Origin: a virus
Virus record (IMG/VR): IMGVR_UViG_3300033183_000491
Span: 1-64,000 of that record
DNA: 64,000 nt
Reading direction: 5' to 3' (one strand)
The notes beneath the pieces were generated by a model. That model did not search any database. It was not told the origin of the DNA and was given only the letters and a program-made list of their open reading frames with translations. Positions 52,622-62,120 of this stretch are shown piece after piece (position 1 is the first letter of the stretch; each line of letters starts with the position of its first letter). The translations under genes were made by a program, and so were the position numbers.

Positions 52622-54991
52622 ATGAATACAAAAAATTTATTAAGAGAATGGAAGACTTTTCTTCTCAATGAACATAAAGTTTTTTCTTTACAAGAAATTA
52701 TTCAAACATTAATACAATCTCAAAGAAGTGAAAAAGAAGTTGCTTATCTTAAAGATTTTTGGATTAATAATAGATTTATTACAAAATATACACAAGTCAT
52801 TCGAGACGAAATTAAATATACTCATGAACCGATTGAAGAAATATTAGATGTTTGCGAGTTACATTACGAAAAAATATATCAATCTGCAGGCCCAGATATT
52901 AAAGATCAAATAGGCAGCGGAAATATTACTATAGACGATCTTAGAAAGCAAATAGATTTTAATTTTAATTTTAATAAAAATGAAATTAGACAACAATGTG
53001 ACTACCAGAATAATAGACCTGTGGTTGGAAATTATCAAGATTTTGATATAGTATATAGTGAATCAGATTTTATAGTGATAGAGCCTAAAACAACAAAAGG
53101 TTCAATAGCTTGGGCTCATGGTAAACCTGACGGTTCAGAAGAAACTGATCAAGATAGAAGAGTAGGTTGGTGCACAGGAGTCTCTTCAGTCAACAATATG
53201 TTTCAAAACTATGCAGGTGATTTACACATGTTTTATGTTATTAATACAGATTATGATAATGATAATTCTAAGAATAGAAGAATATGTTTGTCATTCGTCG
53301 TTATAAATGGTGAGCCTTCCCTTAAAGAAGAATCTTTTTCAACTGTTAATGCTTTAAATAAATCGATAGACAAAGAAGACATAGAAAATATTAAAAATCA
53401 AAAATTCTATCAGAACATCTTAGAAAGACTTCAAGGTAGAAAAGAAACCTCATATCAAAATATTTATAGTAAAGCTTCTATAGGACAAATTATAAGAATT
53501 ATAAAACAGATGAAAAGAAACAATCTTAGTGATAATTTATTAGACGAAGAAATAAAAAATTATATAAGATATACTGAATTTGACGATGTGCTATTACATT
53601 TTTTTCAAGATAAAAAATACGAAGAAATAATTACACGTAAAGTTTCTAAAGATAATGTAAGATTTGATAATACATTTAAAAAAGTATTAGAAATAGACGA
53701 ACTTTTACCGATAGTTGCAAAATATACTCAAGATCAAGATATAATTAAATTTTTAATTTCAAAAAAAATGTTTAATATAAATTGGGAACTTTTCCATAAT
53801 GAAAATGTTGACGAATCAATAAAAAAAGAATTATCTGACTATATTGTTCCTCCTTATGAGACTTTTAATAAAGAAACTCCCATACAAGATTTAATTCATT
53901 TTATAGGACTTTTTCTCAAAAGCCAAAGCACAAAATCTACTATTTTAGAAAATATCTTTAAAAATGTTTCATATGATAATTTAAAAAATATATTTTATTT
54001 ATTATTTATAGAAAAAGACGCAGATGAAATTATTGGTAAATCATTCATTGGAAATGACCATAGTCTTAAAAGCAAAAAAAATCTTTATTGTCAAATCATT
54101 TTATATATTAAAAAAATCAATCCAGAAAAATTTTCTCAAAATTTTGATTTTTGGCTTGACTTATTAATAAATAACTTCTTCACAGATAAAATTCTGGAAA
54201 ACTTTGAAATAAGTTATTTATTATCCGATGTAAATCTAAACGATAGACAAGTAAACAAACTCATCAGACTTTCTATGAGTTTAACAGCAATACCAAATAA
54301 TCGATCAAATGTTAAGTTAATAACATGCTTATATAGTCTCGATCTTAGTGACACTCAAAATAAAAAAATTAACAGCATAATAGAATTTGAAAATGAATAT
54401 TTTTCTAGCAAAATATTCAATAATATTTATTATAACTTAGATAAGTTAAATAACTTTGATATATATGATTTTTCTTTAGAGTTGTTTAATAGTTCAAACG
54501 AATCTCAAAAAAGTTATCTATCACTTGCTGTTCAAAAAGCTCTTGGTGAGTTTTGTCCAGAACTAATTAGTAATTATACAAATAATAGTATTCCTAACTA
54601 TTTAAAACTTTTGTCTGAAGAATGTCTAGATTTACCTTATGAAGAATATAGCAAACTATTTCATCAAGCTAATTTTGATGATTTTGTAAAAGAATTCAAT
54701 AGCGAAAGTTATGAATTTTATGACAAATACATTGAATTCATAGAATATTTTCGTGAATGTAATATAGTTCAAGAAAACCCTGAAGGTGTGTATAATCTTT
54801 TTAAATCAATAGGAATAGATCTTTCTAGTGAAAGATCACTTGAATATTTCTTTTATGGTTTTGAATTTGATGATGTGGAGGAATGTAAAGAGATGTTTGA
54901 GAATGAGCCTTACTTAAAACCAATTTTTGGTCGAAACATAGACTTAAATGAATCTTTATTGAAAAAATATATTAGCTTACTAATTTTTTAA
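52622..54991 (+). CDS. large leader-family protein
   Basis: MNTKNLLREWKTFLLNEHK leader. 789 aa, Asn/Lys/Ile-rich, no catalytic motif recognised. Confidence 0.7.
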   Translation: MNTKNLLREWKTFLLNEHKVFSLQEIIQTLIQSQRSEKEVAYLKDFWINNRFITKYTQVIRDEIKYTHEPIEEILDVCELHYEKIYQSAGPDIKDQIGSGNITIDDLRKQIDFNFNFNKNEIRQQCDYQNNRPVVGNYQDFDIVYSESDFIVIEPKTTKGSIAWAHGKPDGSEETDQDRRVGWCTGVSSVNNMFQNYAGDLHMFYVINTDYDNDNSKNRRICLSFVVINGEPSLKEESFSTVNALNKSIDKEDIENIKNQKFYQNILERLQGRKETSYQNIYSKASIGQIIRIIKQMKRNNLSDNLLDEEIKNYIRYTEFDDVLLHFFQDKKYEEIITRKVSKDNVRFDNTFKKVLEIDELLPIVAKYTQDQDIIKFLISKKMFNINWELFHNENVDESIKKELSDYIVPPYETFNKETPIQDLIHFIGLFLKSQSTKSTILENIFKNVSYDNLKNIFYLLFIEKDADEIIGKSFIGNDHSLKSKKNLYCQIILYIKKINPEKFSQNFDFWLDLLINNFFTDKILENFEISYLLSDVNLNDRQVNKLIRLSMSLTAIPNNRSNVKLITCLYSLDLSDTQNKKINSIIEFENEYFSSKIFNNIYYNLDKLNNFDIYDFSLELFNSSNESQKSYLSLAVQKALGEFCPELISNYTNNSIPNYLKLLSEECLDLPYEEYSKLFHQANFDDFVKEFNSESYEFYDKYIEFIEYFRECNIVQENPEGVYNLFKSIGIDLSSERSLEYFFYGFEFDDVEECKEMFENEPYLKPIFGRNIDLNESLLKKYISLLIF

Positions 54992-55002
54992 AAAATTTAA
55001 TA

Positions 55003-55227
55003 TTATATTTTTTTGACCCATATTCCATCTTGATTTTCCAAATCTATTGTTTCTTTTGAAGTTCCGTTTAAATAGACAATTAAACCTTTTACAAAGTAAT
55101 GATCTTGAATAATTTCTAAAATCAAGCAATTATTTTTTATTTTTTCACCATAGAAAAATATATCAATTATATCACCTTTTTTTAATTGTGAAACAAAACG
55201 TATTTCTTTTTCATGATCATCGGACAT
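55003..55227 (-). CDS. small SH3/KOW-like barrel protein (paralog family)
   Basis: LKKGDIIDIFFYGEKIKNNCLILEI pattern. Confidence 0.55.
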   Translation of the reverse strand: MSDDHEKEIRFVSQLKKGDIIDIFFYGEKIKNNCLILEIIQDHYFVKGLIVYLNGTSKETIDLENQDGIWVKKI

Positions 55228-56428
55228 CTAAATTTGGTCTTCCCCATCTTAAAGTTATTTTTGCATTGTTATTAAGCATGTTTGTACATATATTAAAAGG
55301 ATCAACATCATAAAATTTTAAAATTTTATAAAGATCATCATACAAATAATCAACTCCTTCTTCTAAAATTTGTAAATCATTAAAAACATTTAAATCACCA
55401 TCAGCTATGACAGGTCCTATTCTACACATAATCTCTTCAATAATCGCATTAAAAGCTTCGGCTACTTGATTTGCGTTAACAACAAAAGAAAATTCATTAG
55501 GCGCAGTATTAAGAGTATTTCCGCTTATAGATTGTAATGCATTTGTATTTGCATTGTCTACACCTAATGTATAAACTGTAATGCAAGGATTTATATTCGT
55601 TGAATAAATGCAGTTATCATCGTTAAGATTCATTATGTGATTTTGTACAAAATTTTGCGAAGGACCAATCCCTTCATTTGGAGAACCATCTGATATTAAC
55701 AGTATGTAGTATGCTTCGTAATCAGATGACAATACTTGTTGTATTGCTTTATTTAAAGGAGCTAAGAAATTTGTGCCTCCGCCTGGTGATCTATTATTAA
55801 TCATAGAAGCCACAGTTTGTTTGTGTTGAGGGCTTTTACCAATATTTGATGAAACTATTATGTCACTACTATAAAGAATAACAGAGTAACTCAGATTAAA
55901 ATCTGAATTTATAAATTGATTGACTGTGTCTTTAAGTTGTTGTATTCTATTACCTCTCATAGATCCACTATAATCTAATAGCATTATTACAGCAGCATCT
56001 ATTAGGTCAACGTCGTGAGTTTCTTCAGAAACAGATATTTTAATTGACTTTGACGTTTCTCCTCTACCCGGATTATAGCTTGAAGATATTCCAAACTTTC
56101 TTTCACAAACGTTTTCGAAATTACATTCAAGACCTAGATCAATACATGTAAAGTCTGGCGTAACATTATTTGAAAGACTTGATGCACATTCATTAAGATA
56201 ATCTGGTGAACAAATATCTTCAATATTATTTGTTTTAATAATAGACGATCCTAAACCAATACCACAAGAGTTTAAGACTTGCTTTTCTTCCATCACATTT
56301 AAAGATATTCTTCCATATTGTATTGTGATAAAAGACAAAATTGCTAATACAGCAGATACTAATACTATTGTAATAGCTGCAAAACCTTTATTTTTTCTTT
56401 TTTGTATATATGAGATGTCTTGTTCCAT
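55217..56428 (-). CDS. membrane-anchored VWA-domain protein (TadG-like)
   Basis: N-terminal anchor KGFAAITIVLVSAVLAILSFITIQYGRI. MIDAS motif MLLDYSGSMRG. Confidence 0.65.
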   Translation of the reverse strand: MEQDISYIQKRKNKGFAAITIVLVSAVLAILSFITIQYGRISLNVMEEKQVLNSCGIGLGSSIIKTNNIEDICSPDYLNECASSLSNNVTPDFTCIDLGLECNFENVCERKFGISSSYNPGRGETSKSIKISVSEETHDVDLIDAAVIMLLDYSGSMRGNRIQQLKDTVNQFINSDFNLSYSVILYSSDIIVSSNIGKSPQHKQTVASMINNRSPGGGTNFLAPLNKAIQQVLSSDYEAYYILLISDGSPNEGIGPSQNFVQNHIMNLNDDNCIYSTNINPCITVYTLGVDNANTNALQSISGNTLNTAPNEFSFVVNANQVAEAFNAIIEEIMCRIGPVIADGDLNVFNDLQILEEGVDYLYDDLYKILKFYDVDPFNICTNMLNNNAKITLRWGRPNLDVR

Positions 56429-57140
56429 GATAATTTTTATTTTCTATATTGTCAATTGTCCAATAATGATTACTTTGTTTTATTTGTTTATAAAAGTCTC
56501 TCATTAGCAAAATATCTATGTTGATTCCTTCTTGTTTTAATAAGTCAACAGCCAATATATTTGAATTAAATTTTCGATCTCTTCTGATTGCCTTTAACTC
56601 AACATATTTGTCTTCATCAGGATGATAGAAGTCTGGAGTATATTGTTTATCTTTTCCTCCGTAATTCACAGTAAAAGTTTTATGTTCATAAATATAACTT
56701 TTATTTGTTGCTTCACACCATCTTGCATAGTCTGCTTCTAAAGATGACTTAAAAAAATAATTGTTTGGAAGATCATATCGATATCCTAATCTTCCATTTG
56801 AAGGTATTTCATGCATTCCGCTACTTTGTGCACTATTTTGACATTTCTTTCCACAGTATTTTGTTTCTCTCCCGATAGGTTTTTCATAATTAATACCACA
56901 ATAATTACAATTTAATTGCACTCTTTCAGTTTTTGTTTTTAAGAGATAGCATTCTCTTGAACAAAATTTAACGCCTCTTTTAGAGTTAAAACTTTTATTA
57001 CAATTTTCACATGAAGAGACTATTGAATTATTTTTTGATGAGTCTTTACAAGATTTAGAACAATATTTTGAAGACTTTATTCTGGATTTAGGTCTCTCAT
57101 ATTCAGAATTACATTTTTCACATATTAAGGTAACTGGCAT
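56388..57140 (-). CDS. Zn-finger-repeat PD-(D/E)xK nuclease (homing-endonuclease-like)
   Basis: Three CxxC..YCSxxC units (CEKCNSEY..YCSKSC, CENCNKSF..FCSREC, CNYCGINY..YCGKKC). C-terminus YTPDFYHPDEDKYVELKAIRRDRKF (PD..ExK). Confidence 0.55.
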   Translation of the reverse strand: MPVTLICEKCNSEYERPKSRIKSSKYCSKSCKDSSKNNSIVSSCENCNKSFNSKRGVKFCSRECYLLKTKTERVQLNCNYCGINYEKPIGRETKYCGKKCQNSAQSSGMHEIPSNGRLGYRYDLPNNYFFKSSLEADYARWCEATNKSYIYEHKTFTVNYGGKDKQYTPDFYHPDEDKYVELKAIRRDRKFNSNILAVDLLKQEGINIDILLMRDFYKQIKQSNHYWTIDNIENKNYHGTRHLIYTKKKK

Positions 57141-57199
57141 ATTTTCTCCTTTTTAGATAAATATGACTCAGCGTATGTACCTTAAGCATTGTAAATATA

Positions 57200-57457
57200 T
57201 TATAATTTAGAGATATGTTTGATTTTTACTCTTTTATTTCTACTAATATTTAATTTTCTTATTTTATTATTAAATAAAATTTCGATAGAGTGTGGTCTTA
57301 TATCGTTCTCTTTATATAGAACTTTTGTGATTAAACAATTTTCATATTTAGAGTTTTTTAGTATTTGTCTGTATTCTAAAACGACGTCGATTAAATCTCC
57401 AATATTTTTTTCGTCTAAGTAGTAATCATTAGTCAGATAAAAAAAGTTTTCTTCCAT
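57200..57457 (-). CDS. small barrel protein (paralog family)
   Basis: IGDLIDVVLEY..CLITKV pattern. Third member of a three-gene tandem. Confidence 0.5.
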   Translation of the reverse strand: MEENFFYLTNDYYLDEKNIGDLIDVVLEYRQILKNSKYENCLITKVLYKENDIRPHSIEILFNNKIRKLNISRNKRVKIKHISKL

Positions 57458-57671
57458 AAATATTCTCGTTTATTATTGTATAATCCATTATACTAAAAGG
57501 GATAAGATCAACTTCGTTTAATTCATTTAAAATTGATATCATATAAGAAAAATTTAAATCTTCTTTGATTTTTAAGATAATGCCAAATTTATCATCTTCA
57601 TTAGAAAATAAAAAATTATATCTAACAAGTTGGCCTTTTTTAAGATCTAAAATTTTAGATTTATCTTTCAT
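57429..57671 (-). CDS. small SH3/KOW-like barrel protein (paralog family)
   Basis: LKKGQLVRYNF..FGIILKI pattern. Confidence 0.5.
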   Translation of the reverse strand: MKDKSKILDLKKGQLVRYNFLFSNEDDKFGIILKIKEDLNFSYMISILNELNEVDLIPFSIMDYTIINENIYGRKLFLSD

Positions 57672-57879
57672 GAAACTCCGATATTATTTTTGCATAAATT
57701 ATCAACTCAGAATCAATCTTCTGAATTTCTTTTCCATTAAGTAAATAAACATTAGTGATACCATTCCAGTAATCAGTTTTAATATCTAGAACTAAACAAA
57801 TATTTGGAGTACCTTCTATAAACTTGTCTTTTCTATAGTAAGAAATTAAACTTCCTTTTTTAAATCTCTTTTGATCCAA
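57661..57879 (-). CDS. small SH3/KOW-like barrel protein (paralog family)
   Basis: FKKGSLISYYRKD..ICLVLDI pattern. Confidence 0.5.
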   Translation of the reverse strand: MDQKRFKKGSLISYYRKDKFIEGTPNICLVLDIKTDYWNGITNVYLLNGKEIQKIDSELIIYAKIISEFHER

Positions 57880-58663
57880 AAGTTTGTCTTTCTTTTACCC
57901 AATGCGTAGTTCTTCCATCTAACGTTGTTTCTTTTAACACTGGTTTTCTATTGTAGTCATAGTTTTTTCCATATACAACGAATCCTTCTACAGCATTTCC
58001 AGATTCTCCATCAAAAGTATAATAACTTTGTATTGATGCACCTTGTTCTTGATATGACTTATTCATGACAAATCTTATTGCCTTATCTAGGGTGTTTAAA
58101 TTTTCTTCTGTTAAGTCTTTTATAAAAGAATGAGGATTTATACGTGAATACCATAAAGACTCTGCTTTAATATAATTTCCAACTCCAGAAATAATACTTT
58201 GATTCATTAATACCTCACAAATATTTTTATGATTATATTTTCTTAAACGAGAAATAAAATCGTTAGGAGGATTAGAAAGCATATCAGGACCAATCGACTT
58301 AAGTTTTTTTTCTAAGTCTAAAGGCGTCTTTATCTGAAAAGTTCCAAAGTTTCTAATGTCATTAAAATAAAGATTATCTCCATCTTTAAAAGATATCTCT
58401 ATTCTACTATGTTTTGTTTTAAATTTGTTCCAAGAACCTGTCATACCTAAAGTATTAAAAACTATAATTTTATCGATATCTATCCAAATAAACTTTCCTT
58501 TGCAATTAAAAGATTTGATTGTTTCACCTGACAGGGTTTCAATTTTTTCTATTGGTTTTTTAACATATCTGCCACTTAAAATTTCAACTTTGTCAATTGT
58601 TTTTTCTTTATAAAAAGAATTTAACTTGTCAACAAATAATTTAACTTCTGGAGCTTCTGGCAT
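57860..58663 (-). CDS. Fpg/Nei-family DNA glycosylase/AP lyase
   Basis: N-terminal catalytic MPEAPEV. H2TH motif LMNQSIISGVGNYIKAESLWYSRINP. No CxxC zinc finger at the C-terminus, so it is of the zincless-finger type. Confidence 0.85.
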   Translation of the reverse strand: MPEAPEVKLFVDKLNSFYKEKTIDKVEILSGRYVKKPIEKIETLSGETIKSFNCKGKFIWIDIDKIIVFNTLGMTGSWNKFKTKHSRIEISFKDGDNLYFNDIRNFGTFQIKTPLDLEKKLKSIGPDMLSNPPNDFISRLRKYNHKNICEVLMNQSIISGVGNYIKAESLWYSRINPHSFIKDLTEENLNTLDKAIRFVMNKSYQEQGASIQSYYTFDGESGNAVEGFVVYGKNYDYNRKPVLKETTLDGRTTHWVKERQTFGSKEI

Positions 58664-58665
58664 TT

Positions 58666-58878
58666 TTAATCCTTTAGAATAGTTCTATTGATTTCCGGAA
58701 CATCATTTTCTGTATTGGCAGTTTTTGATTCTTCAACACCTTCTTTAGGTAATGTATTATCATGAATCTTATCAGCTAGTTCTGGTTTTCCAAACCATTG
58801 TAGGATTTGCATTAATGGATGAGCAACAATATTATGAAAAGCATAGCTTTTAATAAACTTTTCGTATTTAAGATTCAA
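58666..58878 (-). CDS. hypothetical protein
   Basis: 70-aa ORF. Confidence 0.5.
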   Translation of the reverse strand: MNLKYEKFIKSYAFHNIVAHPLMQILQWFGKPELADKIHDNTLPKEGVEESKTANTENDVPEINRTILKD

Positions 58879-58886
58879 GTATCACC

Positions 58887-59336
58887 TCATTCGATAGCAT
58901 CTGCATAAGGTTCAATAGGTAATTCTCCTGACTCAATAGCTCTATCTAAATAATCTTCTAGTTCTTCGAAGGATGTACATACCTTAATACCGCTTCTTGC
59001 AAGCATTAGATTAAACTTAGCTCCCGAAGGAAGTCCTGCACAGAAATATACAATTGGTCGTCCAAAAGCAAAAGCATATCCGGCTTCCCAAATAGTTCCA
59101 ATATCTTTGTCACGAGTATTAACTATAAGAAAGTCAGATGTCTTAATATGATGAAGGTTACCTTCAAATGTTTCATCTTGAACTTCTTTAGGAGCGTTTG
59201 GCGGACAAATAAAGATTCGTCGAGGTGATGCAAGCTCAAAGTGTTCTGCGCGATCGTCAAAAATCTTTTCAAGCTGTGTAAGCTCTGCATCTTGTGTTGG
59301 GTTAAACCATCCGCTAGCTAGGTAAATCTTTCTCAT
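58887..59336 (-). CDS. nucleoside 2-deoxyribosyltransferase / dNMP N-glycosidase-like protein
   Basis: KIYLASGWFNP and DIGTIWEAGYAFAFGRPIVYF match the family pattern, including the catalytic Glu context. Confidence 0.7.
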   Translation of the reverse strand: MRKIYLASGWFNPTQDAELTQLEKIFDDRAEHFELASPRRIFICPPNAPKEVQDETFEGNLHHIKTSDFLIVNTRDKDIGTIWEAGYAFAFGRPIVYFCAGLPSGAKFNLMLARSGIKVCTSFEELEDYLDRAIESGELPIEPYADAIE

Positions 59337-59400
59337 TAAAATGTTCCTTTTGTAAATAAATTTTATATTTTTTGTTTGTTTTTATTAGAGGTTATATTCG

Positions 59401-60372
59401 TTAAAATTCATCAGTTAGCTTCTGGCGAATATCGTTTACAATTTCAACATCTTCTCTCCACATTCGAGTAAAGATTTTTTCTTGTCCTGATTTATTACCG
59501 TTAATCTCCTCTCTTCTACACTGATAAATTGAATCATTTTCATTAAATTCAAAAAGATCATTCTTAGGCTCAGGATGATATAAGTTTGTTCCTTTCGATG
59601 TATAAGATCCATCAGGTAGTTTCACTCTAAATGTTCGGACATAATGCATGTCAGGTTTATCAAAGTCAAGACATGTTGAAACTTCAGGAATAGCTTGACA
59701 TACGAGTGTAGCAATTCTAGTAGCAATAATATTATCAACTTCAGGTTGAATTTGAACATCTTGTCGCTGTTTAATAAGGCCAATTAGATCTTTTAGATTA
59801 AATCTTGCAACATAAAATGTTTCAATAGACTTTGGGAGAATAACACGTGCATCCATAAGGGAAACTAATCTTGAGTCAACCATGTCTGAATATAGTTGTT
59901 TTGCTGCAGCTGCAACTTCAATAAATCTGTGATGAAAGCTAGAATTTTCAATTGACTCAGGAACTAAAATATTGTCATTTCTAAGATCTCGATCTCCTGT
60001 ACATTGAGCTGCAAATGATCCTGCCCTATGTCTGATTAGATGTGTAACAGTTTGTGTGTCAATCCCACTGATTTTAAATGTAAACCCTAAACATTCCATA
60101 GGTGTTGGAAGAGCTCTAAAGTTTAAGACATCTTGAAGATTTTCAGATTTCTCTTGTGGTGAAGCATTTTCAAAAGGTGTTTGATCTGGTGTGTCATCCC
60201 ACGTTGCTTTAGTCATATGCCAAGCAATTCTTTGTGCTTGTTCTCTTGTCGGAGCATCAATAACTTCAATTTTAAGAGACTCTAGATTGTTAATGTAATT
60301 TGTTACAGGTACTTGATTAAATTTAAGATCCATAGGAAGAGTGATAGGCTCTAAAGTATTATTAATTGGCAA
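59401..60372 (-). CDS. divergent ThyX-fold protein (second thyX-like gene)
   Basis: FTFKISGIDTQTVTHLIRHRAGSFAAQCTGDR compares with the canonical RHRxxSxxxxSxRY. ARVILPKSIETFYVARFNLKDLIGLIKQRQDVQIQPEV matches the second ThyX block. N- and C-terminal extensions of about 90 aa each. TTG start with AAGGAG SD. Confidence 0.6.
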   Translation of the reverse strand: MPINNTLEPITLPMDLKFNQVPVTNYINNLESLKIEVIDAPTREQAQRIAWHMTKATWDDTPDQTPFENASPQEKSENLQDVLNFRALPTPMECLGFTFKISGIDTQTVTHLIRHRAGSFAAQCTGDRDLRNDNILVPESIENSSFHHRFIEVAAAAKQLYSDMVDSRLVSLMDARVILPKSIETFYVARFNLKDLIGLIKQRQDVQIQPEVDNIIATRIATLVCQAIPEVSTCLDFDKPDMHYVRTFRVKLPDGSYTSKGTNLYHPEPKNDLFEFNENDSIYQCRREEINGNKSGQEKIFTRMWREDVEIVNDIRQKLTDEF

Positions 60373-60399
60373 ATTTTTTCTCCTTGTTATTTACCATTT

Positions 60400-60428
60400 A
60401 TTATAATTTTTTTTTGTATTATTTACAC
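60400..60428 (-). promoter_or_regulatory. GTGTAAAT-class promoter candidate upstream of 59401-60372
   Basis: Minus strand: TTTGTGTAAATAATACAAAAAAAAATTATAATAAATGG. Confidence 0.6.
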
Positions 60429-60437
60429 AAAATGAGT

Positions 60438-61091
60438 TTAAATATTTTTTATAATTTGTCTAATCAAATCTTTATTATCTTTGCATATTCTGTTTGATTG
60501 ACAAAGATAGTCTAAAGAGTCTTCTGTTTTAAGTCTCTTAAGAAAACTATATGTTCTTGTTATTTCATAGTCACTATCAATTTCTGCAATAACAGAGTCA
60601 TAATCGTGAATATCTAAATTCAAGATGTTTCTATTAATAGCATATTGGATTTCTCTAACTAGATTAAGAAATATATTAATTTTAAAATCGTTATAATTTA
60701 TTACATTTAAGTTAACTGATGATGAATATTCTATTATTCCTTCGTCACCTAAATTATTTTTTAAAAAATATAATTTACACGATTCATTTTCGCATAAAAA
60801 ATATTTTTTTGAATTTATAATACATAATTCTATTTCAATAGAAAAATCTTCGCAGTAGTTAATAGAATGCTGAAAGTTGTAGTGATATTTTTGGTCAAAT
60901 ATATGATTAAAATTACTAGTAACAGTCATAAAACATATACCTGGATCAATTACAATAGTTATATTCCCATTATTAATTAATCCAATTGAGTATATTAAAT
61001 CATTTTCTAAAAGATTCCATATCTGATTGATGTATTCATAAGATCTAAAATTAGGATTTTTATATAAATTTAGATCTTCATGAAAAAACAT
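60438..61091 (-). CDS. hypothetical protein
   Basis: 217-aa ORF. No motif. Confidence 0.6.
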   Translation of the reverse strand: MFFHEDLNLYKNPNFRSYEYINQIWNLLENDLIYSIGLINNGNITIVIDPGICFMTVTSNFNHIFDQKYHYNFQHSINYCEDFSIEIELCIINSKKYFLCENESCKLYFLKNNLGDEGIIEYSSSVNLNVINYNDFKINIFLNLVREIQYAINRNILNLDIHDYDSVIAEIDSDYEITRTYSFLKRLKTEDSLDYLCQSNRICKDNKDLIRQIIKNI

Positions 61092-61092
61092 T

Positions 61093-61467
61093 TTAATAGC
61101 CTTTTTGTAATCTCCTTCTAATTATGTCATCTTTTACATTAAAGGCATTATAAAATTCATCAACATTAACACCCATTAAAATCATTAGTGAAAAGAAATA
61201 ATTAAATGCATCGACTATTTCTTCTAGAAATTCTTCTCTATTAATCTCAGGCATTTCTGTTTCTCTATGAGGCTTCCAATTCTTAAGATGTTGTAAAGCT
61301 TCAAACATTTCTTCAACGCCTTTTAAAGCCGTTTCTCTTAGTATGTTTTGACTTGATTTATCGCTAATGTCTACAGGCCAGTTATTAGGATAAGAATCAG
61401 GAAATTTTTCCTGAATTAGAGACATAAACTGTTCTCTTTTATTAAAAATATTTTCTAACTTGTCCAA
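61093..61467 (-). CDS. all-alpha NTP pyrophosphohydrolase (dimeric dUTPase / MazG-like)
   Basis: ALKGVEEMFEALQHLKNWKPHR...EFLEEIVDAFNYFFSLMILMG..KDDIIRRR fits the E..E..WK.W...E.vD..hF pattern of dimeric dUTPases. Confidence 0.65.
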   Translation of the reverse strand: MDKLENIFNKREQFMSLIQEKFPDSYPNNWPVDISDKSSQNILRETALKGVEEMFEALQHLKNWKPHRETEMPEINREEFLEEIVDAFNYFFSLMILMGVNVDEFYNAFNVKDDIIRRRLQKGY

Positions 61468-61698
61468 TTAGTCACCTTGTTGTGTGTCTTGAGGTTGCGA
61501 TTGAAGTGCTTGATTATCTAACATTTTTTTGATTTGTTCTTCGAATACATCAGAATATTCTTGATTTATTCTAATCTTATCATCTTCGCCAATTTCAAAC
61601 TGAGCCATCCTAAGATGATCAACAATATCAGTTCCAGTTAAAATAGCAATTTGAATTAGTTTTGCAACGTGTGCAATTGATGAATCATGTAGTACCAA
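61468..61698 (-). CDS. hypothetical protein
   Basis: 76-aa ORF. TTG start with AAGGAG SD 6 nt upstream. Confidence 0.55.
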   Translation of the reverse strand: MVLHDSSIAHVAKLIQIAILTGTDIVDHLRMAQFEIGEDDKIRINQEYSDVFEEQIKKMLDNQALQSQPQDTQQGD

Positions 61699-61709
61699 AA
61701 TTTTCTCCT

Positions 61710-62081
61710 TTAAATTATAATTGGTGATCTTTCGATTTTTTTATTAATCGCGTCAGTATCGTGTTCTAAAACTTTTATCATAGATACTCCATCAATAGTC
61801 TTTAAAGACTTAAGAACTGTCATAAATTTGTTTTTAGAATCAACGAACTTTTCAATATAAGAAACATTCATTTCTATTATTCTATGTCCATAAGAAGAAA
61901 CTATATCAGATATAGGTCGAGTTTGTCTAACTGTGACTATTCCTGGTAAAGCTCTCATGTCTGTCATTATATCGAGAACAGTAGGGTCTTCTCTTTCTTC
62001 GATTTTTATTCTGCATCTAATAAGCATATTGACAAGATCATCATGTCTTTCTAATAATATTTGTTCTTTTTTGTTAGTCAT
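61710..62081 (-). CDS. hypothetical protein
   Basis: 123-aa ORF. Confidence 0.55.
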   Translation of the reverse strand: MTNKKEQILLERHDDLVNMLIRCRIKIEEREDPTVLDIMTDMRALPGIVTVRQTRPISDIVSSYGHRIIEMNVSYIEKFVDSKNKFMTVLKSLKTIDGVSMIKVLEHDTDAINKKIERSPIII

Positions 62082-62120
62082 TTTAACCTCACAGATATAT
62101 ACTTATAAATATGATAACAA

